Positions 1 through 10,426 of a stretch of 64,000 nucleotides of DNA are shown here, piece after piece. Position 1 is the first letter of the stretch; the number at the start of each line of letters is the position of its first letter. This DNA comes from Pristiophorus japonicus (lineage: Eukaryota), in assembly GCF_044704955.1 (NCBI RefSeq), contig NC_091981.1, positions 31,434,001 through 31,498,000 on the forward strand, in the 5' to 3' direction. The notes beneath the pieces were generated by a model. It searched no databases. It saw nothing but the letters and a program-made list of their open reading frames with translations, and was not told where the DNA came from. A program made the translations under genes and the position numbers.

Positions 1-35
1 CCTACTCCTGCTCCTATTCTTGTGTTCTTGTGTTC
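1..35 (+). mobile_element. CR1 LINE 3' terminus (window edge), inserted into the RTE element
   Basis: CCTACTCCTGCTCCTATT plus (CTTGTGTT)-type tail, matching the CR1 3' ends at 12300-12337 and 57697-57735. Confidence 0.8.
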
Positions 36-1207
36 AGCGCCTTCCCGGATGGTTCTCCTCCACTTTGAGCGGTCTTGGGCCAGAGATTCCTAGGTGTCGG
101 TAGGGATGTTGCACTTTTTCAAGGAGGCTTTGAGGGTGCCCTTGAAGCATTTCCTCTGCCCACCTGGGGCTCGCTTGCCGTGTAAAAGCTCCGCGTAGAG
201 CGCTTGTTTTGGGAATCTCATGTTGGGCATGTGGATGATGTGGCCCGTCCATGGATGCTGATCGAACGTGATCAATGCTTCGATGCTGGAGATTTTGGCC
301 TGGACGAGAACACTAATAGTGCAGGATCTTGCAGAGGCAGCGTTGGTGGTACTTCTCCAGTGCTTTCACGTGCCTGCGGTACATGATCCATGTCTCTGAA
401 GCTTATAGGAGGGCAGGTATCACTACTACTCTATAGACCATGAGCTTGGTGCCGGGTTTGAGGTCCTGGTCTTCAAACACTCTCTTCCTCAGGTGACCGA
501 AGGCTGCATTGGCACACTGAAGGCAGTGTTGGACTTCGCCATCGACATCTGCCCTTGTTGACAGTAGGCTCCCGAGATATGGAAAATGGTCCACATTGTC
601 CAAGGCCTCATTTTGGATTTTACTAATCGGGGGGGGCAGTACTGTGTGGTGGGGGTAGTTTGGTAGAGGACCTTTGTCTTACAGATGTTTAGTGTAAGGC
701 CCATGCTCTCATCCGCTTCGGTGAAGGTATTGACGATGGTTTGGAGTTCGGCCTCCGAGTGTGCAGATCATCTGCATACTGTAATTCAATGACAGAGGAT
801 GGGACGACCTTGGATCTGGACTGCAGGCAATGGATGTTGAACAGTTTCCCATTTGTCCTGTAGATTAGCTCCACTCCAGCGGGAAACTTATTGAGGGTGA
901 GATGGAGCATTGCAGCAAGGAAGATCGAGAAGAGCGTTGATGTGATGACACAGTCTTGCTTGACTCTGGTCCGTACGTGAATTGGGTCTGTGGTGGATCC
1001 ATTAGTCAGGATCACGGCTTGCATGTTATCATGAAGCAGGCAGAGGGTGGCGACAAGCTTTTGAGGGAAGCTGAATTTGAGCAGGATACTCCATAATCCC
1101 TCACGGTTGACAGTGTCGAAGGCCTTTAGAGGTCAAAGAAGGCCATGTTGAGAGGTTGGTGTTGTTCCCTGCATTTTTCTAGAATATGACGCGCGGTGAA
1201 GATCATG
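36..1207 (-). mobile_element. RTE-clade LINE, RT-to-C-terminus part, frameshifted
   Basis: Minus-strand peptides MIFTARHILEKCREQHQ, VKQDCVITSTLFSIFL, ELQYADD, VDHFPYLGS, PKQALYAELLHGKRAPGGQRK. Confidence 0.9.
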
Positions 1208-1565
1208 AGGTTGAAAAGGCCATCCGACAACTGAAGAACAACAAGGCCTCAGCAGCAGATGGAATCCCAACCAAAGCACTAAAGCATGGCGGAGAATCAC
1301 TATTGGTGCGAATACATGAACTCATTTCTTTTATTTGGAAGGTAGAGAGAATGCCAGGTGCCCTCAGAGATGCCATAATCGTGACCATCTTCATTAAAGG
1401 TGAAAAGTCCAATTGCAGTAATTACAGAGGAGTTTCCCTGCTGTCTGCCACAGGGGAAGTCATCACAAGAATCCTCCTCAATTGCCTTCTCCCTGTGGCT
1501 GAAGAGCTCCTCCCAGAGTCACAATGCGGATTCCGCCCACTAAAGGGCACAATAGACATGATCTT
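1204..1565 (+). mobile_element. 5'-inverted segment of the same RTE element (RT N-terminal part)
   Basis: HEVEKAIRQLKNNKA..NYRGVSLLS..ESQCGFRPLKGTIDMI ends exactly where the minus-strand part begins (DMIFTAR). Confidence 0.88.
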
Positions 1566-1943
1566 AATCAGAACACAATTCTGGGAGCTGGCCAGTTTTT
1601 TCCCCTCTTTTCAGACCTCTGTGTTTTCAGCATTTTCCCTTTTCAATTCAGACCTCAGTACTTGCAAGAAGGCTTTCAACTTCATCCATTGTCTTACCAT
1701 CTTCCTGTATGCTCCTTTTCACCACCTTAGCCAATTGCAAATTATTTTGTTATTTTGTGTTTTTCCACTGCTCACTGACATAATCTGTCATATCAGTAAA
1801 TGACGTTGGACTTTTAAATATGGACTTTTAACAGCTGTTTTTAAAGAATAACTAAGAGGATAGACTGGAAACCCTGAAGTATATGACCAAAATCAGAAGA
1901 CAGGCTGGAAAACTTAACCAGGTTGAAAAGCTTTCATCGATAT

Positions 1944-2155
1944 TGTTATACATGTGGTCTTGTATTTACTCTGTGCAGCCATCAGAGGGCTCATCCCCTG
2001 GAGTCCCAAGGGATCCCATAATCCCTTGGGAGCACAGATATTTAAGGAGGCCTCACAAGTTGGAGAGGCATTCTGGAGACCTGCAATTAAAGACGAAGGT
2101 CACACTTTACTTTGAGCTCACAGTGTTCAGTCTGATTCTTTCTCCATACATAGCA
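1944..2155 (+). repeat. 5' LTR of Gypsy element
   Basis: TGTTATA..TAGCA; first ~78 bp repeated at 4920-4997. Confidence 0.85.
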
Positions 2156-2189
2156 ACTGGCAATGAGATACAGATAAGTGAACCGAAAG

Positions 2190-3143
2190 ATGCAGAGAAC
2201 AGTGGGCACCCTGGAGAAATTCTCAGAAGGAGATGATTGGGAAACTTTTGTGGAGCGACTCAACCAATACTTCGTGGCCAATGAGCTAGATGGGGAAGAG
2301 AACGCTGCCAAACGAAGGGCGATTGTCCTAACCGTCTGTGGGGCACCAATGTATGACCTCATGAAGAATCTGCTCACTCCAGTGAAACCCATGGGGAAAT
2401 CGTATGATGATTTGTGCACTCTGGTCCAAGAGCATTTGAACCCGAAGGAATGCGTGTTGATGGCGAGGTACCGATTTTACACCTACAAAAGGTCTGAAGG
2501 CCAGGAAGTGGTGAGTTATGTAGCCGAGCTAAGACGCCTTGCAGGACATTGTGAATTTGAAGGACATTTGGAGCACATGCTCAGAGACTTTTTCTTGCTT
2601 GGCAATGGCCACGAAACTATACTTCACAAACTTTTGACTGCAGATACCCCAAACTTGAGTAAGGCCGTAGCGATAGCCCAGGCGTTCATTGCCACCAGTG
2701 ACAATAGTAAGCAAATCTCTCAGCGCACAAGTGCTGCTACAAGAATTGTGAACAAAGTGATGGTGTTTTTGAATCGCAATGTACAGGGCAGGTCACACAT
2801 GCCTGCAGCTGCACGTCCGCAGATGTCTCAGAGTCCACCATCAAGGGTGATGAATGCAAGGCCATTAACACCTTGTTGGCGCTGCGGGGGTGATCATCGT
2901 TTCCATTCATGCCGATTCAAAGGGTATGTTTGCAAGGCCTGTGCAACAATGGGATACCTCCAACAAGTGTGCAGGCAAGCTACTAATCCACTTAAACCTG
3001 CAAACCATCATGTGGCAGAGGAGGACAGATCCACAGAGGTTCATGATGAACCAGTGCCTCAGACTGAGGAGGCAGAGGTACATGGGGTGCACACGTTCAC
3101 CACGAATTGTCCCCCAATAATGCTGAATGTTGAACTAAATTGA
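2190..3143 (+). pseudogene. gag: Gypsy gag (capsid plus zinc-knuckle region)
   Basis: ORF with DDWETFVERLNQYFVAN, YVAELRRLAGHCEF, CWRCGGDH..C and a decayed second knuckle; premature stop before the protease. Confidence 0.88.
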
Positions 3144-4890
3144 CTTCTGGTGTCAATGGAACTGGACACGGCCCATCATGGGCAAAAATACTTTCGAAAG
3201 ACTGTGGTTCAACAAGGCCTCAAGGCCGTTCGTACGAAACTAAGAACTTACACAAAAGAACTGATTCCCGTAATTGGCAGTGGTACCGTAAAGATCTCTT
3301 ACTATGGAGCTTGGCACAAGCTACCACTCTGGGTGGCACCAGGCGAAGATCCCACGTCGCTTGGCAGGAGCTGGCTGGGAAAGATACGCTGGAACTGGGA
3401 CGATGTCTGAGCACTATCACCCGCTGACGACACTTCGTGTGCCCAGGACTTAAACAAGTTCCTTTCGCTGTTCGAACGAAGCATTGGGAAATTGCAAGGA
3501 GCAAAAGTGCAGATCCACCCAATTCCGGGGGCGCGACCCATCCATCACAAGGCGAGAGCAGTAACGTATATGATGAGAGAAAGGGTAGAGATTCAGCTTG
3601 GTCAGCTGCAACGAGAGGGCATCATTTCACCGATCAAGTTCAACGAGTGGGCCAGCCCGATTGTTCCTGTCCTCAAGGGAGTCGGCACCGTCAGGATCTG
3701 TGGTGATTACAAAGTAACTATCAATCGTTTCTCGCTGCAGGACCAATACCCACTACCAAAGGCCAACGACATCTTTGCAACGCAGGCGGGAGGAAAGACG
3801 TTCAAGAAGCTGGATCTGACTTCAGCCTACATGACACAGGAACTGGAGGAATCATCGAAGGGCCTTACCTGCATCAACACGCACAAAAGTCTTTTTATTC
3901 ATAACAGATGCCCGTTTGGAATTCGATCAGCTGCGGCGATATTCCAGAGAAACATGGAAAGCTTACTGAAGTCGGCCCCGCATACCATGGTCTTCCAGGA
4001 TGACATCTTGGTCACAGGTCAGAACACAGCCGAGCATCTGCAGAATCTGGAGGAGGTTCTTAGTCGACTCAACCACTTGGGGCTCAGGTTAAAACGCTCG
4101 AAGTGTGTTTTCCTGGTGCCTGAAGTAGAGTTCTTGGGAAGGAGGAATGCGGCGGACGGTATCAGGCCCACCAATGCCAAGATGGAGGCAATCAAGACGC
4201 ACCGAGGCCACAGAACGTGATGGAGCTGTGGTCGTTTCTGGGACTCCTGAATTACTTTGGGAACTTCTTGCTGGGTCTCAGCACACTGTTAGAACCACTG
4301 CATGCCTTACTATGAAAAGAGGATGAATAGGTTTGGGGCAAAAGCCAAGCAAATGCCTTTGTAAAAGCAAGAAAATTGTTATGCTCAAACAAATTGCTAG
4401 TGTTGTATGATCCATATAAGCGTTTGGTACTAGCATGTGATGTGTCGCCATATGGCGTTGGGTGTGTATTGCAACAAGCTAATGATTTCTGGAAACTGCA
4501 ACCAGTTGCTTATGCATCTAGAAGTCTGTGTAAGGCTGAGAGAGCCTACAGCATAATTGAGAAAGAAGCATTAGCATGTGTCTATGGGGTAAAGAAAATG
4601 CATCAATACCTGTTTGGGCTAAAATTCGAATTGGAAACTGACCATAAGCCATTCATATCCCTGTTTTCCGAGAGTAAAGGGATAAATACCAATCCATCGA
4701 CCCCCATCCAGAGATAGGCGCTCATGTTGTCCGCATACATCTACGTCATCCGCCACACACCAGGCAGCCCAGCAAGGCCAGCTGCACAGCAGCCCAGCGC
4801 GGGCCCAACAAATGATTCAACAATACCAGCTTTCAATCCGAGACGATCAACCAGGGCAAGAAGGGCCCCAGATCGACTCACATTGTAAAT
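3144..4890 (+). pseudogene. pol: Gypsy pol (protease, RT, RNase H; integrase deleted), frameshifted
   Basis: MELDTA, WASPIVPV..RICGDYK, PFGIRSAAAIFQR, FQDDILV, LACDVSPYGVG, ETDHKP. Confidence 0.92.
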
Positions 4891-4919
4891 AGTTGCACTA
4901 TTGACTTTGGGTGGAGTGT

Positions 4920-4999
4920 TGTTATATTTGTAAACTTGTATTTACTCTGTACAACCACCAGAGGGCTCATCCCCTGGAGTCCCAAGGGATCCCATAACA
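4920..4999 (+). repeat. 3' LTR of Gypsy element, internally deleted
   Basis: Matches the 5' LTR up to CCCATAA, then ends in CA followed by the TSD. Confidence 0.85.
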
Positions 5000-5245
5000 G
5001 ATATTATTATTACTGTTAACTGTTGCTGGCTAACTGCTGTGTTAGGCTTAGTAAAGTCATAAGGCTAGGTAAGATTTGCTATACTTTCAAAGGACATGGA
5101 GAGATAAAGAAGCCAAGGAGAGCTGCCACTTCAAACCATGAGAAAGAGTGAGAAAGTAAAAAAATGCACCAGCAAGCCGTTTTTGGAGCAAAAGAAGGGA
5201 TATAAAAAGAACCATTTGCAGTCACTTGGTGGAGACAAGGAGCAC

Positions 5246-5797
5246 AAGAACATAAGAAACAGGAGCAGGAGTAGGCCATTTGGCCCTTTGAGCCTGCTCT
5301 GCCATTCAATAAGATCATGGCTGATCTTCTACCTCAACTCAACCTTCCTGCACTGTCCCCATATCACTTGTTTTTCTTGCTATCCAAAAATCTATTGATC
5401 TCTGTCTTGCATATACTCAATGACTGAGCATCCACAGCCCTCTGGGGTAAAGAATTCTAATGATTCACTAGCCTTTGAGTGATGAAATTTCTCCTCATCT
5501 CAGTCCTAAATGGTCGATCCCTTATTCTGAAACTATGATCCCCGGTTCTCGACTCCCCTGCCAGTGGAAACATCCTCCCAGCATCTATCCTGTCAAGCCC
5601 CTTAAGAATGTTATATGTTTCAATGCATTCACCTCTCATTCTTCGAAACTCTAGCGTATATAGGTCTAATCTACCCAATCTCTCCTCATAGAACAATTCC
5701 CCCATCTCAGGAATCAGTCTGGTGCATCTTTGTTGCACTCCCTCTAAGGCAAGTATATCCTTCCTTAGGTAAGGAGACCAAAACTGTACACAGTACA
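5246..5797 (-). mobile_element. CR1 LINE 3' fragment
   Basis: YEERLGRLDLYTLEFRRMRG..FRTEMRRNF C-terminus plus CR1 3' UTR and tail. Confidence 0.9.
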
Positions 5798-6016
5798 GAA
5801 GGAGCAGTTCAAGGAGGATGCCAACAAAGAATTAACCCCTCAGTCACCCGAATCAGATTTGATGAATCTGACTTTCGAGTTGTACAAGTGACTAAGGTTG
5901 TAAGCATCTTTATCTGCAAAGTTGTTGTGTTTTAATGTCAGTAAAACTAATTATTTAGAAAGATTTTCTGCCTTGGTTGATCCTTGCATGTGGGTACACT
6001 AAAACAGTAAACAGAG

Positions 6017-6725
6017 GGGCCAAAATTCCCCCAAACAAAAAGTAGGCGCACTCATCGATTCGTTAGGGTTTCTCCGCCCCAGTCCATGGGGTGGAGATTG
6101 GACCAATAGTCACTTCTTTGTTTTCTATGTCCAGTCGGGGCAGTGTTGAGGGGCGGAAGTGCCCTTGAGTTGGGCAGCCGTTGCTCTGAGTCATCAGTTA
6201 AAAGGGAGGGCCACTGAGAACTCTACAATAAGTTTAGTTAGGCCCACTGGGTCACCAGGGAGGTGGAAATTGGGGCCAGCGGCCAGGTACCCAAGAGGGG
6301 TTGCTGGGCTGCCTGTTGGCGGCCCGACGGAACCCGTGGTCACCATTGGCGGGCTGACCTGACTATCGGCCAACAATTAAAATAAGATGGTGACCATGGC
6401 AGCGTGCCCTCCCCTTTAAGGGTGGATGCGTCACCCAGCCGCACACAGCTTCCTGCAGGGGAACACTGTCAGTGACAGCAACCGGTGGCTGATCAGGTCA
6501 CGTGGGGCAATTTGCCTCGCGGGGCGGAAAGGAGGTCGCCGCCGGTCGGAGCACGTCCAACGGGGCAGGAAAACGGGCGGCGAGGAAACCTGCTCCCACC
6601 ACTCCCGGCACGGGGGCAATTTAGGACTGGTTGGCCCATCCACTTGCCCCCGGTCGGTAAGGCCCATCCGCTCCATTACAGCCTCTTAGCGGCGGTAATG
6701 AACCTTAAGGAGGGGGCAATTTCCC
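6017..6725. mobile_element. GC-rich non-autonomous DNA transposon (Harbinger-type MITE), degenerate TIRs
   Basis: Ends GGGGCCAAAATTCCCC / GGGGCAATTTCCC; CpG-rich interior like the other MITEs in the window. Confidence 0.5.
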
Positions 6726-6844
6726 ATTAAGTAATTTGCAGGTAATTCACTCACTAACTTGCTCTTTGCGATTGCAGCATCTGTTGTTACTCCACACCCC
6801 CCATACACCAACCCAGTACTTAATTTCAACCCTACTCAGCTTCC

Positions 6845-6968
6845 AGTTCTGGTGAAGGTTTATACCTGAAACCTCAAACTGTTCTATAGATGTTCACTCG
6901 CCTCCTGTGTATTTCCAGTATCTTCTGTTTTTGGTCTCAGTTCTGCAGCATTTGCAGTTATTATTTTG
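6845..6968. repeat. Decayed short interspersed repeat (possibly a Penelope-like end)
   Basis: ACCTGAAAC..ATTTCCAGTATCTTCTGTTTTT motif recurs in decayed form near 52365-52450 and 56240-56270. Confidence 0.4.
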
Positions 6969-8251
6969 TCTGTTAATTGAAAATTTGCCCTTGATTTAAG
7001 TGACCTATGATGAGTGAGAGAGGGGAGGAATTCTAACACTAATTTGAGACAAGAAGGGTTGGTGCAATTGATTCCAAATATTAAGATCAGTTCTCAGAAT
7101 AAGGTATTATATATATATTATGTATCTTTTCAATATGCCTTTTATTAAAAATCTTAAAGGTGTTCGGCAACGTAGTGGTAATGGATTGTCATAAAAACAC
7201 AAATGGTTCACCAACAGCATTGAGAGACGGGAACCTGCTGTCCCTACCAGGACTGCAGTAGTTTAAAATTCAGCTTTCTTTCTCTTTTGTTTTTTGAACC
7301 ATTCATTTCCTGAACATGACATGGAATCAGTTCTAATATGCGATCAGATAACTGAGGCAATCCGATACCATTTGCTGCATTTATCTTTGTGGCTGCACTG
7401 TTTCCATGTTATTGTTCCTCCAGGAGTTCCTTTTCATATTCTAACACATGGCTGCCCTGCAGGAGTTGCCTGCTGGGACTTCAAGAGATAGGACCTGTGC
7501 AACTTCACGATCTCAGCTGGGCGAGGAGAAACAAAACAGACCCGAGGCACTTCTTCTGAGAGAGCTAGAGATAAATCAAAAGGCACGTCAATGCACACCA
7601 TTCTTATGAGCATTCAAGCAAGAAGTAAAACCATGGGATAAGGTCATCGACCAGTGACAAAAAGTTTAGAGGGATGCCAGAGAAACTGGAGATAAGCGAT
7701 GGAATTAATTTAACATCAAACATTATGCTTTTACGAACAGTAACTGCTGGATAAGTAATATGCACACAATTCACCTGTTTCTGTCGCTAAACAGCCAGGT
7801 GTGAGGTATTTCTGTACAAGGACTCAAACCCATTGAGATTTAATGTGAGGCCAACCATTAAAACTCATTTCAGCTTTGTGATTTAACAGCCAGCAAAGTG
7901 AATAGACCTTTATCCCTTCTGTGGGCTAGATTAGAATCCAACTCTCCAGAGCTGGAGCAGCTATGGTTCCAAACAGTCCTGCCCTTTCAATCTTTATCAT
8001 CCTGCCTCCTTGGCAAGTTGATTTTTATTTGTTGCTTTTCAGAATAACATCATTAACCATCTGAAGACTGAAAGACTTTCAAAATTGCAACATTCCTCCA
8101 ATCATGTAACGATTACAATAATAACCTGGGGGGATTGAGTGTTGCTTTGAGTTTCAATGCGTTTGGATCCGGCTTGTTTATTCTGCTGGTTGTAAGGATT
8201 CAACAGTGAAATTAGTTTAATGGTCTCCACCCAATTTCTAGCAGTGATGGC

Positions 8252-8516
8252 TGTAATGTACGCACCAATGAGTATGCTCACAGAGCTGTTGAGTTGGGAG
8301 TGGCTTAGCCAGTCATGTGATGTTCACAAAACTCAATAAAACCCCGGCCAGTTGGGTTCAGGGGATCCACGATGAGGCAGGTGGTTGTGAGCCTGGTGGA
8401 TGAACTGTAATGTGCAGTGTGATTGTTATACCTTTGTTTATAAACCAACTAGTTCTTAATAGCAATGTGTTGCTATGAATTCTTAAGCAAAGAACCCATG
8501 AAGCAAATACATTACA
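8252..8516 (+). mobile_element. Solo LTR
   Basis: Perfect terminal inverted TGTAATGTA..TACATTACA, internal AATAAA, flanks ATGGC/ATGGG (5-bp TSD, 1 mismatch). Confidence 0.85.
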
Positions 8517-8873
8517 ATGGGTTCCAGGGGACAAAATTGTAACTTTTATTTAGAAAGGGCCAAAGGATGGGAAATGAAAAACCAGTCAGTCGCTCTGGTT
8601 GTTTTAATGGAGAGGCTGATTGTTTGAATAGAGTCGAGGGGGATTTCGGGGGTGGTGGGTGAGGGTGGGGTTAACACCTACACGGAAGATTCCCTCCTCC
8701 CTCACTGCACAGCCAGCTGTGTTAGACCTCATCCAAGTGCACTTTCTGTGGGGATAAAAGTAGAAAAATATTCCATTCCTCAACAGTAAAGTCTTTCAAT
8801 TCAACAAACAAAATCACCATTTCAAAAAAATAAATCAAGGGCTAAAATTTTAAAGAAGCAGAGATATAACACA

Positions 8874-9489
8874 TGGCTGGATTTTCAGTTGGAGGCTTTT
8901 TCGGGCGATAATGACAGGTGGGCTGTAAATTTTGCGCCAGGAAATGGTTTGTGTCTGCAGCCACAAAATTCAGCAACTGAGCCGAGTGTGGAGCCGAGCG
9001 CTATGGGAGGCATTCCACACCTCTCTTAGGGTGCTAGGCCGGCTGAGCAACTGAAAATCCATTGCTAAAGAGCCGGCCTTGGAGTGCCCGAAGAGAGGCT
9101 TCCCTGGAAAAAAAATCGCCAAAAAAAATCACAAAGCATTTCCAATAGATCGCAAGAATAAACCCCCCAAAAAAATCACATTTACCTCATGTTGTCATTC
9201 CTTCTCTCACCACCGCCGGAACAGCTCGGATCGGCCATTTTCCCAGGCCGTCCCACTGTGGCATGTTACGGGTCCCGCTCCCAACAAATTTCACAACGGT
9301 GTCGCAACCGGGGTCATTGTACACCGGCTTGACGCTCCCGGGCAGTACTGCTCAACGTCCCTGCAAAATTGCCACCAAACGTCCCGGTGGGGCACTGGAA
9401 GCTCAACACCCAGCCGGAAATCATTTGCATACCCATTACCACCCCTCCGGGCCACCAATAGAGACGCAAGCCCAATCAAAATCCAGCCC
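8874..9489. mobile_element. PIF/Harbinger-type MITE
   Basis: TIRs GGCTGGATTTT / AAAATCCAGCCC; same TIR as the Myb-bearing element at 58804. Confidence 0.75.
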
Positions 9490-9554
9490 AAGGAGTTCAA
9501 ACATTCTATCATATACGAGGCTAGAAATGACTGACATTAACAGGCAGATTCTGA

Positions 9555-10194
9555 GGGGTCGAAATTCAGTAGTGTGGTTTTTGAGGCAGTGTCACCACCT
9601 GAATGCTGATTTTAATGCCACGCGTTAGATGCAGACTCAAACTGCCAAATTCAGTTTTTACGCCCAACGATGAGCGAGCAGCATACTCATCCTCGGGTGG
9701 GAGCTCAAGAGGCCGATTGAATTTTGCATCGGGAGGCTGCCGCCATGCTAGCTGGAAAATGGGAAGAAACGGGAAGAAAAGGGGAAAAAAACTCAAACTT
9801 CTCCGACTGACACACAAACTTCCCCACTGTTACAACTAATGAAAAGAAGATCAAATAAATAAAGAAAAAAACGAACTTGATCTCTGGGCGAATACGCTCG
9901 AGCACCATGATGTCCCCTCCACCTTTCCCAGGCAGTATGGGCGCTTTACCATTAGTCTTCTGTACAAACCAAATATCTTGAGAGCGGAACCAAGGGGGCG
10001 TTGCACGCTGGATGATGTCACCACATGGGTGGCATTAGATGGCGCAGCATCACCTCTTGGCGCCTCTACCAAAGAGCCTACCGAATTTCGCTCGAGCTGT
10101 GGACGCCACTTAACACCGACGGTAGTCCTTTGCCGCCTGTTAGCTGCCGAGCACCAGTGCTAACGGGCGGAGTTATAAAGGGAATTTCGACCCC
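9555..10194. mobile_element. PIF/Harbinger-type MITE
   Basis: Perfect 13-bp TIR GGGGTCGAAATTC / GAATTTCGACCCC; flanks TGA/TTA resemble a 3-bp TNA TSD. Confidence 0.8.
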
Positions 10195-10218
10195 TTAAAG
10201 CTTACTTTAAGCGTATGT

Positions 10219-10426
10219 TAGCATGGTGTAACTGAACTAGTAATCCAGAGGCCTGCGCTAATGACCCAGAGACATGAGTTCAAATCCCACCATGGCAGCT
10301 GGGGAATTTAAATTCAATTAATTAAATCAATCTGGAATAAAAAACTAGTATCAGAAATGGTGACCATGGATTGTCATTAAAAACCTATCTGGTTCACAAA
10401 TGTCCTTTAGGGAAGGAAATCTGCTT
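10219..10426 (+). mobile_element. tRNA-derived SINE, 5' part (split by CR1)
   Basis: B-box-like GAGTTCAAATCCC; the body resumes at 14728; a decayed uninterrupted copy near 7180-7250 spans the split. Confidence 0.7.

Larger units (their letters stand above)
1944..4999 (+). mobile_element. Ty3/Gypsy LTR retrotransposon, internally deleted (no integrase)
   Basis: TG..CA termini, 5-bp TSD GATAT (1939-1943, 5000-5004), PBS-like TGGCAATGAG after the 5' LTR, purine tract before the 3' LTR, gag-PR-RT-RH order. Confidence 0.93.

Noticed and set aside
1566-1803. Hydrophobic C-terminus of the 205-aa ORF as an RT-membrane fusion
   Set aside because: Read-through from the inverted RTE segment into T-rich flank
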